A DNA stretch of 34,011 nt from contig KZ539096.1 of assembly GCA_000934665.2 (NCBI GenBank), positions 1-34,011 of the forward strand, in the 5' to 3' direction. A program made the translations under genes and the position numbers. Positions 1 through 11,636 of the stretch are shown here, piece after piece. Source of the stretch: Catajapyx aquilonaris (taxonomy: Eukaryota). Below the pieces are notes generated by a model. It was not told the DNA's origin and ran no database searches. It worked only from the letters and a program-made list of their open reading frames with translations. Numbering within the stretch: position 1 is the stretch's first letter; the number at the start of each line of letters is the position of its first letter.

Positions 1-717
1 CCTCCGCCACAGCACTTATCAAGATGAGCATAATGGACCTACGCTTATATTCTCCTTATTCGAAGAGCACACCCCCCCTCCCCCCAACTCGAAATTCTGT
101 CAGTTCAACAGTGGCGCTATCTGTCGAAATTCCACCCTCTCTTTTGAAGGCCTGGTTTTTGTTTTGTGTCTGACTCTGGGACGTGTTGAACATTCATTGG
201 GAGATACAAAAGGGAGGGTATATGAAAAGGGAGGGGTACAGAGGGAGTGAGAGAATCTGTCCAATTAATTGGGCAATCTGAATGTGAAAGGAGAGTCTTT
301 GAAGTTGCCTGGCTAATTATTAGCGAGTCCTTTTTTAAAGAGAGTTTTCAATGGGAGAAGCTTTTTTTTTAGTGTAATTAATGTACCGTTTGTAGTGTTA
401 TTACAAAGAGACGAATAGCAGTTCGGTATAATTTTGGCAGGTACAGAGGGGTTAATGAATAATGTCACGATATTGGTTTCGTTTTGATTCGTCGTTTTCA
501 CTGCTTGAAAAATGTAAAGCTGATGGTTTGAAAAATAACTAATATGCAGTGTAAGCTAGGAAAACCAATGTTTAAAATGGCTAAATGATGCATATAAATA
601 TTTTGCAGATTGATGCGGTTCAGTTCTGATGCGACATTTTCCTTCTGTGATTGCAAACATCGGATTTGTCCATTTCAGCCTTATAAATAGGGAAGCGCAT
701 GAAAGTGGGCTCAAGTG

Positions 718-811
718 AAGGGTGTTCCAGATTCGTGGATCATTTTTTGATAACTTGATATCGCCCGATAGCAGTTATCAAAAGTGGCCCGCGAATGCGT
801 AACACCCTGTA
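718..811. mobile_element. Degenerate Tc1/mariner-type MITE
   Basis: Imperfect terminal inverted repeats AGGGTGTT..ATTCG.GG..CA.TTTTGATAACT / AGTTATCAAAAGTGGCCCGCGAATGCGTAACACCCTG, followed by TA. Confidence 0.55.
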
Positions 812-821
812 TATGCAAAAT

Positions 822-1122
822 GTGTTTATAAATCTGTCTGTCTGTCTGTCTGTCTGTCCGCCTGCCAACAGTCATTTGCCTGCCATCTGTGCTCCACCCC
901 CAGGCCGGGAGAGGATGGAGGTGTTGGGGGTTGACTACAGATGGCAGGCAAATGACGGTTGCCGTTATACAGGCGGGAGAGGTTCAAGGTGTTGGAGTAG
1001 CAGGACCACAGATGGCATTGGTGGCCGGACACACAGAAAGACAGACAGTTGACGGGGGTACTGGCAGGTGTTTTCCCTTCATTCATTTCTTCCCGGGCAA
1101 CGCCGGGTGCCGCAGCAATTGT
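822..1122 (+). mobile_element. Non-autonomous Helitron-like element
   Basis: 5' (TCTG)n microsatellite, an internal perfect 20-bp inverted repeat (871-890/937-956), and a 3' GC hairpin CCCGG-GCAACG-CCGGG (1092-1107) followed by a degenerate CAGCTAG-like end. Confidence 0.6.
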
Positions 1123-1195
1123 AATGGAATAAATACCGGTATAGTCATGTAAAAACCAAACATATAGGTACCGGTATATGTTTACATCGAGACAG

Positions 1196-1560
1196 AATTA
1201 ATATTACTAATTAGTTAATTTACAAAACAAAACAATTAGACACAAATAATTATAATTAGAGTAACAATCAAATTGTTATATAATCGTAATTACCCAACAA
1301 TTAAAATAATTAGGCAATTTAAGTAATTAATAATTAAAGCAACAAACCTGCTAAATCATTAAATATCCAAACTAATAAGTTATTTATAATAATTACCATA
1401 TTAAAATAGTTACAACAAGTAAATAATGAATTAATGTCAGTAATTAATAAACGATAAGCATGTAAGTATAATTACAGAATATTATAAGAATTACACTACG
1501 TATAAGTGTAATTAATAACAATTATACATAAATGAACTTAAAATAATAATAAATTAATTT
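1196..1560. repeat. Very AT-rich low-complexity tract
   Basis: Dominated by AAT/TAA/ATT words with very few G or C. Confidence 0.7.
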
Positions 1561-4500
1561 TGAAGCAAATTGACCGTGGAGCATGGGAACTCGCACCATC
1601 TGGCCCATGCCTTGATGGAACCAATTTCGTGTGTTCCGCTCATTCCGGTCCAAAATGTCTGGTTCCACCATGTACAGAATCACAGACGGAGGAAGCTAGG
1701 AAAGAGCCCGTGTCATGTGTCTGTGTGTGTTTGTGGATTGAGTGATCATTTATCTTTGCAATGCAGAGATTAGAGCGGAAAGGGGAGAAGATGAATGAAA
1801 GCTGCTGGATGCTGGGGAAGAACCGGAGGATGAGAATCCCTTGAAGGGAAACCCATTCGTTATCTGGATGAAAATTTCATTTCCGCGTCTTTTGAGGTCC
1901 ACCCCCGAAAAGTCCCGGAGGGTCGGGGGGAACAAAAGGTTGTGGTCAAAACCAGTCAAGTGTGTCCCCATCGATTCTCTCGGAATGACGACTCTTTGGG
2001 AGATAAAACCAGTTTTTGCATTGTTTCTGAGTTTCACAACAATGATATTGTCGTATGCTTCAGTACTTTGAATCGAGCCAATGGATTAATATTTGAACTC
2101 ACAGTAATATTTATTCAAAAATTTCAAATATTGTAATTAAAAATTAATATCGGCACATCGTCTTCAATAATCGGAAATGGCTCATTATGAATCAAGATTT
2201 AGTTACGAATTAATTTTAACGGTTTTAGAAGTAAACACCGGTTGCAATGCTTTTTCGAATATTTATTTCACGCCACGGCTGTGTATCCGGCAATTTAACG
2301 GTCCGGTAATTAAAATTACCGGTACTCTAACTTAATTACTGTAATAATTTTGAGCGAAATGTGTACACCCTGCCATCTACTGTTATCATCCGAACTTCCA
2401 ACAGACAACAAAACCGCTTTCTCCGCCATCTCTCATCAAAAGAAGCAAACTGCCTGACATATAACGACCAAGAATTCACTCAAATGGTCTCAGAATTTCT
2501 GACAAAAAAAAAAAAAAAATACTAGCAAAAAGGTAAAAGCTGGCGCAGAATTCTATTAAGCTCCATGGCAACACAAAGAGAGAGAAAAAAACATTTTTTT
2601 TGGAAGATCTGTACAAAGGAAAAGGGAAAAATTTTATTTCTTTTTTTTGCTACATAGAGAGTAGCTAGTCTCTTTATATTTAATTGCATTTTCATTTTTT
2701 TTGCCTCTGGAATATTGAGCGGGATAGTAGCTTTGGTGGAGGATTTGCACTTGACGTTGCTATGGAGAGAGTAACTGGAGGCTGGAGGCGGTCGGACAAT
2801 AATAAACCTGGAATAATCCTGGACAAAAAAATTGTCCCAAAGAATGGAGAGGACGAAGGGATTTGAGCAGATAAGTTATAATTTAAAAAAATAATGATAA
2901 AAAAATCAACAATAATTTCAACTGGCATAAGTTTCATTACTGTGATACTCTGAGCAGACACTCTCCCAGGGGCAATTATTGGGCAAAGTATTGTTGACCT
3001 CCGAACAATGACTTTCAATTGAGATCAAAGCTAATATGTACTCTGTGCATGCAAATTACCATATCCCCAATCAACTTGTTATGTCTCTCAATGGCTCTGA
3101 AAAATGGAATAAATTACATGCACAGAGTTCAACATGACAGTTCAAAACGTAGTTAGGTACAAAATATATTAATTACGGCTCGTTTACGCCATCAACCAAC
3201 CACCGAAGCAAAGTTTGGTATTATTTAACCCATCTTACTTTGCATCTGATATTTCCGACCCACACCCAGGAATGCAACTCAAACATTCCACAAACGTTTG
3301 AAGTCTCTCTTACATTTAACCACAAAGAACACTCTAAGGTAATTGGGCCTTTCCTTCCGTGGCCGCCAGATACAGAGTGTCTCATAACAGAAATATTGTA
3401 AAGTTGGATCACTTCATATGTATGTCATTAATCAAACTCTAACATTACATTTTTATCCATAATGAAAAACTGCTTCAGTGAGCTGTACTGCAATATTCTG
3501 AAAGTCATAAAACCAAAAATGCTAAATTAAAATGAAGTACTGTACAGCATACTGTACAGTACGTATGTGAATTTCAATCGAGAAAAAAAAATATTACCTC
3601 CGGAGTCTATAGTCGCGCTCGAGGGAATAATTCTATTTGCATCTCTATCCGGCTGGAAACGAGAAGGTCCTCAGCAGTGATTCTAATTGAATCAGCAATG
3701 CATCTCGGAGAATTCCCAGCAAATCCAGTCTTCGACGCAATCAATATTACATACTATGTAGAGTCCACAAACCTGAGGTAGGTTCACTTCCAAAAAAAGT
3801 TGTCCGAAATTTTGGAGCATAATGCAACAATGAAGCTTTTCAGTGAACCAAACGACATTGTGTAAGTAGACAATTAGGTGATCGATATAGGATAGTATCA
3901 ACATTGCTTCGGTGAACACTGGGGAGCCAAATTGAACGTTGGATAATAGAGCACGTATTGGCAGTCATATGTTGACAACAAACGAGTCTGATCTTTGGGA
4001 GCACAGTTTTCTGATACAAAATTATTAACCAAAATTTTTGCAAGGTTGACCGGACAACTTTTGTCGATTAGCCCTGTTGTGGTTAGAGTACTTGGTACGT
4101 GTGATTTAATACTCTTGTAGCAACTAGGTGTCTCCAGGGATACGAGACTAACGCAATCCTGTCCGCTCCACAGCCCACAACAACCTCCGTTCAATTCACG
4201 GCTCAACGACTATTGGAAACCTGCACTTCCTTGCATGTTGGGTGTTGGGTATGACTGATGCAATACCGTCCTCTTCAGACCAGCAGCCTTGATCCTCTCT
4301 ATTGTGGCACCGGCCTTCTTTGTTGTGAATATAGAATTTGCAGCAGGTGGCTGTGACATAAGCCGATCATGCCCGAAGCCTGTTAAATCGCTTCTGCTTC
4401 AACAATGAGAGGTGTTGGACAGGTCTCAACAATGCATGTGGACTATAGTCCAAGAAATATAAGCCGGTTTGAGGTATAAAAAGCTGCAATAAGAGATAAT

Positions 4501-7174
4501 ACAGTGATTCGCAACGTTACAATTCAATTTTACTAATTAATATAGTTACCTGACTGTAATAGTTGGCTCTGCATTGTGTACTACTTACATGGCTTATACT
4601 TTGATTAGTTTTTATTTGAAAGTTTAGTAATGAGTTAGGCGGAGTGTTGCGCAATTAAGGAGATAGAAGCTGATCAGAAAAAGTGGAGATATTAGTTTCG
4701 CAAAGTTCGTACGTTCAAAAGGAAAGTTTAGTCATAACTCATAAGTTATTTTGTTACCTGCGTTGATGAAGCAAAGGTAAGGCACGATGCAGAAAATGTT
4801 TTGCTGAGTAGCACTGTACAGTGACTATCATCAGCTATTTTAATTGGTACGATCCTGGTCTCAATGGACTCACTTTTGATGTTTTCTATAGTTAAGTGCG
4901 GTTAAGTGACTCTTTGTTTCCTGCCATTCTGACGCAAATGCACTGCACATGAAGTACCAAGATCTAACGAATATTCATTCTCTGTTGAAAGTATGCAAAC
5001 TACACACGAAGCAAAAAGATGACATGAGTTTATACAAGACCACATACACTGTACTCCAAACCACTCCAATTCGTGCCTCAAAGCCCCCTCATATTTCTCA
5101 TGAGAGAGGATCTCATGTATACTGTACGCCCAGAGATAATTATAAATTAATGCCAAAGCATATTAAGAGTGCTCCGGTTTATTACCAAAATGTAATATTT
5201 CCCTCTCTTTGCTCTAGGCCACATCTGATTTTCTATAGTAATTTCTATAGCATCAAAGCTGGTTTAAAAGGGCTCTCAAAAGATTGGGTTGCCATATTTG
5301 CTATACAGTCACATCAGGCAAAGGCTTGAGGCTAATCAACTGCGTGTTCAATTACTTTAATGGTTATCAAAGTATTAGCTAGTAGGCCTAATATTATGAA
5401 GCTAAAACTCCTAGAATAACTTAAACAGAGGCAACTCTGAATGCCACCCACTCCGGATGCCAACGCGACAACTGAGTGCGATAAGAAGCTCGTAACATCC
5501 CAGACTGTATCTGATTTGATATTTACACAATTTCTGGCACACCCTTTCTGAGGGTGGACTAAAAGCTCGATTTTCGTCCCATCTGCTCTGGATGGATCTT
5601 ACCGGTTATCGATTTTGACATCCCTTTTGTGCCAGAACATCCCCCACAATCAAGCAGGAATGTGGACAGGATCCCCAAGGAGCTGTCACTCTCTTCCCCT
5701 ACTCATTTTTTTTGGGGGCCGTCCACTAAGAGCTGGGACACTCTCCTGTCCTTCCCAGAAAAAATTCCTCTTGGGGACTTTGAATGAACGTAACATGATC
5801 TAATTGTCGTGCATGCAAGTTCCCCGTCCTTTTTTATATATAATTTTTTTAAACTTCCATTTTTATGTCAGGAGCGCTCATATTTTGTGTCTCACAACTG
5901 GGAATCCCCGTGCAATTCACTTTTGCAATCCCTTAGGATGAGTAATTGCTGGGACGGACAAATGAGGTGAAATCAAATAAGTGCTGATCAGTTGATTGGA
6001 AAGATGTCGGATTGAGTCTGTGCCTCTGTTTGTCCGAGGGGGGGGATTGGCATTAAATTAAAGCCTTCAAACAATAGTCATAAACCTGAACAAAGCTTAA
6101 GCACAGAGATTCGGCATAATTCTCCGCAGGCCAGAAAATGTCATTTTGTCGCAAATAAATCCGTCAACTTGCTTAATTCCTGGATGACAATGAGTTAACC
6201 GCACCTTCTCGACAGGTCTGGAATCCTTTTCTAACTTTAAATCCAGATTCACAACCCTATGGCGCATCTAGCCACAATATAGCTGGGTATATATGGCTGT
6301 CATTATTATCTCCAGCACTGCAGTATGCAGTTAATGAGACCCACTCTCTGCTGCTGGTTGTCGGAAATAATGCTTGTAATTAACCTGTACCGTCAAACTC
6401 GACTGCAATGCGTTTGATATGAGAAGATACAGTACTATGTACCAAACTATGTACCAACATTCTAGCAAGTAAATAAATAATTTCCTTACCTTGGTATAGT
6501 CCTACAAGAGTTGACCTCTTGGAGCATCATCATATGTTCAAATTCACATGTTCGCAACATACATACTTTTATTGAATAATGTATCAACAATTAACATGTC
6601 TCCTTCGCAGTTGATGAACACGACACATATTTCTAGGAACAACCACATAACCGATTATACCATTGAACATACGCACTCATATTATTATTATCATGTGGTA
6701 AATATTGCATGAGCAGGAATATAGTTAAAGCCTGACCTCTTTTACCTCTTCTGTAAATTGAGAATAATTAAGGTACCCTGGGTGAGGTGGCCGTAACTCG
6801 TTCCTGATGCAATATTCAGCAAGAGCACTAAGCGCATCTAACTACATTAGGCTACACATAGTTAAATCCCAAGCTAGTGCGAGTCACTGACACTAAAGGT
6901 TACAACAGTGGTTATAGTGCAACAGTGGTTATAGTACGCAAACTATGCTCTTTTTTATAACATTTTGGTCATTAACTTTTTGAGCCATTTTTTTGACAAC
7001 ACCTGCCTACTGTTACAGTAACATAACATGAAAATATATACGTCCATCTGTGACATTAAAAAATATTTCCTATCCGATCACACCAACAATGAAAGGTCCA
7101 ACGTCCCCAAATAAAACTACTATTCTCACACATTGCCTTTCAACATAAAAGGTAAAAGCAAAGGTTCCTGTCCG

Positions 7175-7333
7175 TCACTTCCGGTCCGCCCCTTCCGCTT
7201 CCGCCTTCTGCATGGCCTCCTTCATGACGTATCCCATGTATCTGAAGAGCTGCATCCATGCCTCCTGCAGTTCTTCTGTCCATTTGTCCTCCAGGGACGG
7301 TCGGATAGCCAGCACAAACTGCGGTCCGATCAA
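7175..7333 (-). CDS. GbX: Globin X-like gene, coding exon 4 (helices G-H and stop)
   Basis: Acceptor cattttgatag|. Translates LIGPQFVLAIRPSLEDKWTEELQEAWMQLFRYMGYVMKEAMQKAEAEGADRK*, with the WT.E...AW..LF helix H motif. The four exons total 666 nt, i.e. 221 aa plus stop. Confidence 0.92.
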   Translation of the reverse strand: MIGPQFVLAIRPSLEDKWTEELQEAWMQLFRYMGYVMKEAMQKAEAEGADRK

Positions 7334-7668
7334 CTATCAAAATGGATAACAACAATGGAAATGAATAAGGTAGCAGACCTACAGGAGCGCCTCTGGTGGA
7401 GGATAATTTGAGCTTCAGTTTTTATACCCATTTTGCACCCACTTTACCACGTGAAGGTCCGAATTGGATCCAGACTTCAAAATTAATTCTGGAGGCCATT
7501 ACTGGAGCTAAATGTGCTAGCTTTTAGCTCGTAGTTTTCCTTCACAGAGGCCTGGTGGCCTGGGGGTGGGGCTGCAGCAATTAGCCTCTTGCTGCGCCAT
7601 GATGATGAACGCATTCACTAGGGTCTCTATGATTCAAAGCTGTGTTTTTGTCTGGGGGGGGGGGGGGG

Positions 7669-7730
7669 NNNNNNNNNNNNNNNNNNNNNNNNNNNNNNNN
7701 NNNNNNNNNNNNNNNNNNNNNNNNNNNNNN
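7669..7730. other. Assembly gap
   Basis: Run of N flanked by poly-G and poly-T. Confidence 1.
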
Positions 7731-9260
7731 TTTTTTTGTAGACATTAATATTATGATTCTATGCCAAAATTTGTGATTGATCACGTAACTGCCAATAGCT
7801 GCTGTTGAAGCTATTTTTAAGCACTCGAATTTCGATCCAACCCAGAAAAACAATCAAATCACCTTCACAGGTTTCCAATATCAATTGACTACCCCGAATC
7901 CTTACAAGAGCGAGGCACTTGTCAGGCTTTGCCGTGACCTTTTTTTTTTGTCCGTTGCAAGCCTTTTGTAGCGACCAATTTTCGCCTACGCTTATTTCAT
8001 AGGCTGACTGATAGAACAATGTCAACCACAGAGCAGAATACCATTGTTCGCTTTCAATTATCCGCTTCAAAGATTCTTCATTGTTCCTGAACCAGCATCA
8101 TAACTGAAATGTTCTAGACTATTCATCGCTTTGATAGCATGAATATTGTTGATATCACATGTACGGGAACTGCCAGATAGGCCCACTTGACTTTTATCTT
8201 TTGTCAGAGATTTTTCAGCCATATCATGTATGACAATTGATGGAAAAGCACTCTAGCATACCTCCAAATTTCCGACAGGAAAGACCAAGTTGTATTATTT
8301 ATTCAAGCTGCATCTCCAAATAATATATGACTTTCTTCGTACTGATATTGAAAACTAGAGTGCACCATCTGCATTCAATTCCAAGTGAGTGTATAGCCTC
8401 AAACTGGGCATGTGCTTTTAAACTATTCCACGAATTCATGCTGAAGCCTTTCAGCACTAATTAACACGAGATTAGACAACGAGAATTCTCAGAGAAAGCC
8501 ATCAAAATCTGAAAGCTCGACTATAGTTTCAAATCCGATTTTGAATCCCACAGCCTTTGTTTATTCACCCGCAAATATTATTAGCTTAGTCTGAAATAAT
8601 CCGCCTTTCCACACAGAACACTTCAGCACAGATTGTTCTATTAAAACGACTGTAATCATCCAGATTAATTTGATATCGAGGCGGTTACAAAATCAGGACA
8701 ATTAGGCTACAGGTTGACCCTTTTGAGGTAAACCTCAAACTGCAATTAGCATCTATACTTAACTGTGAAATGAGAAGCCATATTGAATTCTTCCAGTGAA
8801 ATTCATGCTTTTGTCTCAAAACCCTTGTTTAAAACCTGTACGAAAATTTCCATCAGCAATGTTGCTTTTCACAACAGACAAAAGCCTACCTGCCGTGTTT
8901 CTTAATCTTTCCAAGAATGTAACAAATCATCTTCAGGCTCCAAAACCATCCATTGCTTATAAGCTTCTTTTTACTCGAGTAGGCCACCGCCTGATTAAAA
9001 CCAGGAACGCAAGAAATGTGAGCCCCTTGGGTATGCTCTTGAATAAAATAACATGAACAAAAAAAAAACCTTTCCTAGACTACAGGGTCCTATGATCTTC
9101 TTAAGCCAGAAGGCTTTTGGTAGACAAAATGAGGCGGTTCAAATTGGAATTTATGGCGGCCTTGGATGATATGGCGGCGGGTATAAAGTCATAGCATTAG
9201 TTTATTTCTTGTAGAGAACTCTCTTCTTTCTAAGACTGTGGAAGATTTGGAAGGACTTAC

Positions 9261-9381
9261 GTCGATGTAGTTCTTCTTGGCTCCGTAGAAAAAGTGGTTC
9301 CTTCCCAGGTCCTTAAGCAGGGTGTCCAGTTTGTCCGGGACATGCAGTCTGGCTACAGCTTTCTGGACAAAAGCCATCACT
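9261..9381 (-). CDS. GbX: Globin X-like gene, coding exon 3 (helices E-G)
   Basis: Acceptor ctattgcag|A completes CGA. Translates VMAFVQKAVARLHVPDKLDTLLKDLGRNHFFYGAKKNYID with proximal His F8 (LGRNH). Donor GAC|GTAAGT (phase 0, G7.0). Confidence 0.93.
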
Positions 9382-9902
9382 CTGCAATAGTTTAGTGGCA
9401 GGATCAAGCCTGGATCTGAGGAGATTACTCTGGACATGCATCTTGGAGCTTCAGAGTGAGCCACATGAGAGCAGCACATTCACTAGCAACTATGCTGCTT
9501 CTGGTGGGCAAATTAGTAAAGTTCATATATGCTCTCATCAAGAGCTAATCATTTATTAAAACTATTAATAATTAATTGCTATAACTATAGTACCCACAGC
9601 ATAACATCTCAAAAAGTAAGTGGCTATGTTACATTGCTGATCAAAGGTTACAGCAACAGGAGACGCCATCTTGTTTACATCTTGACGCGCACAAACTAAA
9701 ATCAAAGTTCAGTACGGTCTAGTGAAGTTTGAGTGAAACTACAGCTTCAAAGGCTTCAAGGCGGATTATTAAGACCAAAAGCTACTGTTAAAAGCGCCTC
9801 TTATTGTAGGCTCCCTTTATGGGATCTGGGTCTATGTGGACTGACGGCAAAACGTGATTGATCGATCAAAGTCTGACAAGACGTCATATTTTCAGTTCTT
9901 AC

Positions 9903-10007
9903 CGGAGAGCGTGTGCTCTAAGCTGCTTGCTGTGCTTCAATTCTTCCACTTCGATTCCGCTGAAGGGCATGAACACTTCCTTCACGTCTGGATGCGTCTC
10001 GAACAAC
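9903..10007 (-). CDS. GbX: Globin X-like gene, coding exon 2 (helices B-E)
   Basis: Pyrimidine tract ttccttttccaacccaacag| completes the codon AA+G. Translates (K)LFETHPDVKEVFMPFSGIEVEELKHSKQLRAHAL(R), with Pro C2, Phe CD1 and distal His E7. Donor CG|GTAAGA (E10.2). Absent from the ORF track because it is short. Confidence 0.92.
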
Positions 10008-10613
10008 CTGTTGGGTTGGAAAAGGAAAGAGTGTTAAGGGGACGCCACCGCTAGAGGGCACCGCATAAAAAGGTACACGTGGGTGAACTTAATTTAAGTG
10101 TGTTATCGAAGTTTCATGAACCTGCAGGAGCGTTAATGCAAAACGTATTTAATTCCCGCAGTAGATTATTCGTGGTAACATTTCAAATTGAAGTATGAGG
10201 GAAGGCAATTCAAGTTTGAAGCCCCGAGACACGAGTAAAGAGGCCGCCTCCGACATGGTGTCGCGGTTACATTAGTCGCGACTCTTGTAACCGCAGCCAA
10301 AGCCGACGCTTGACTTCCAGCTACTTTTTGTTACGAGAATTACGAGAGGTTGGGTATAGAGTTGAAGTCTCGCTAGCTGATGGAAAAGCGAGACTTCAGA
10401 GACCCCGAGAGAGTAACAAAAAGGCTGCAATTTGGGAGCAGAAAAGTCGCGCTCGTTATTTTTCACAACCAGTCTTAAAGTCCCTTTAAAGTTGCATTCA
10501 ATGGCAGTTTAAATTCACATGGACACACAAACAAACTTTGCCTTTATAATAGCAGAGAAAAGTAAAATAACGAAATTACTTGAAATTGAAAAGTTTGTTA
10601 AAGTTTGCAATTT

Positions 10614-10799
10614 CTAGCGATTCACCCAATCCTTCAACATATTTTCAAAAAGTTTTCCAGCCAGTCTGAACAACTTTCTTGATCTATCCGGACCACCCGG
10701 AATGTTGCCTTTCTGAATCCATTTCCACAGCTCCATATCTGACTCCACGGGTGAGGCTGGATAAATCCTTTTCCGGAGTCTATGGGCCTGACTATTCAT
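10614..10799 (-). CDS. Possible 61-aa small protein, divergent from the DUOXA-like gene
   Basis: True ATG, a possible acceptor (ctttcatgtag) just upstream, a GC-richer island in AT-rich intron and protein-like composition. No family recognised. Confidence 0.3.
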   Translation of the reverse strand: MNSQAHRLRKRIYPASPVESDMELWKWIQKGNIPGGPDRSRKLFRLAGKLFENMLKDWVNR

Positions 10800-11116
10800 T
10801 AGTTGCTACATGAAAGAGCCATTGCAGGGAGTGGCGGGGGAAGCTCTATTTCTGCCCTTATTTTCTTATCTACTTAACATTTCAACGTGTACTTTGCCCC
10901 TTCGGCCATATTTTCAGAAATATAATTAGTTGGCCTGGGGAAGGTTACTGGTGGAAAAGTATACAGGGTTGTTTGGGAAGTATGATGTGGCCACCGAGTT
11001 GCTATTAGTTGTTGGCAACTATGAACAAATAAATTATTAATAACAATCGTGTTACCCTGGCCAACTTAATGTGTTTACTTCCATTGTTGCTGAAGGAGAT
11101 TTTTGTTCTTTTGCAG

Positions 11117-11204
11117 CGAGATAGTTCGAAACCAGCAAAAGACATTAGTGGCATGAGAGCTGTGGGCAACATATTTCCCGTCTAGTTACCACCCAAAGCT
11201 GCAG
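11117..11204 (+). other. Putative 5' leader exon of the DUOXA-like gene
   Basis: Strong acceptor ttttgttcttttgcag| at 11101-11116 and donor CAG|GTAACG at 11205. The next acceptor, aatttccag| at 11311-11319, precedes the ATG at 11346. Confidence 0.45.
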
Positions 11205-11345
11205 GTAACGTACAGGACACACTCTGTCTTAAAAATGAGTAGATATGACTATTCTATAAAGCCGAATGTACGCAGTACAGTGGCGTTCAGGTGAAAGTTA
11301 ACAATGTGTAAATTTCCAGCTGCCAACAATTAGCACGATTCGAGC

Positions 11346-11536
11346 ATGGCAAATGCAGGCGGCTTGGTGGTGTTGTCCTACCACCTGGTCATCATCATAT
11401 TACTGGCGTATGTCATAGGGTCAGACAGATGGGAACATGGATATGCCAGGGTGCTCATCCCCTACAACAAGCAGGACATAGAGTTTGAGATTTTCTTAGG
11501 CATTGGGCTCTCCGATTACGAACTGCAAGCCATAGG
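11346..11536 (+). CDS. DUOXA: DUOXA-like (dual oxidase maturation factor/NIP/moladietz family) gene, coding exon 1
   Basis: MANAGGLVVLSYHLVIIILLAYVIGSDRWEHGYARVLIPYNKQDIEFEIFLGIGLSDYELQAIG: a TM helix followed by the S.W..G.....PY...I...IGL pattern of DUOXA. Donor GG|GTAAGA (phase 2) opens a 100-bp intron, 11537-11636. Confidence 0.82.
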
Positions 11537-11636
11537 GTAAGAGGATCATAGCCATGCTCTCATTACTTAGTAACGCACTCATAATAAGCAGATAAACTTA
11601 TAACAGCTTATAATTATTGGTGTGGGTTTTGCTCAG

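Noticed and set aside
6901..6935. Short tandem duplications (also ~6433-6458 and ~30871-30897)
   Set aside because: Ordinary slippage duplications with no sign of function.
9382..9479. MCCSH... start of ORF 9189-9479 as an acylated globin N-terminus
   Set aside because: It is intronic sequence upstream of a good acceptor at 9382 and would omit helices A-E.
11617..11636. TTG start of the 1241-aa ORF in the track
   Set aside because: It lies within the 100-bp intron; the real N-terminus comes from exon 11346-11536.
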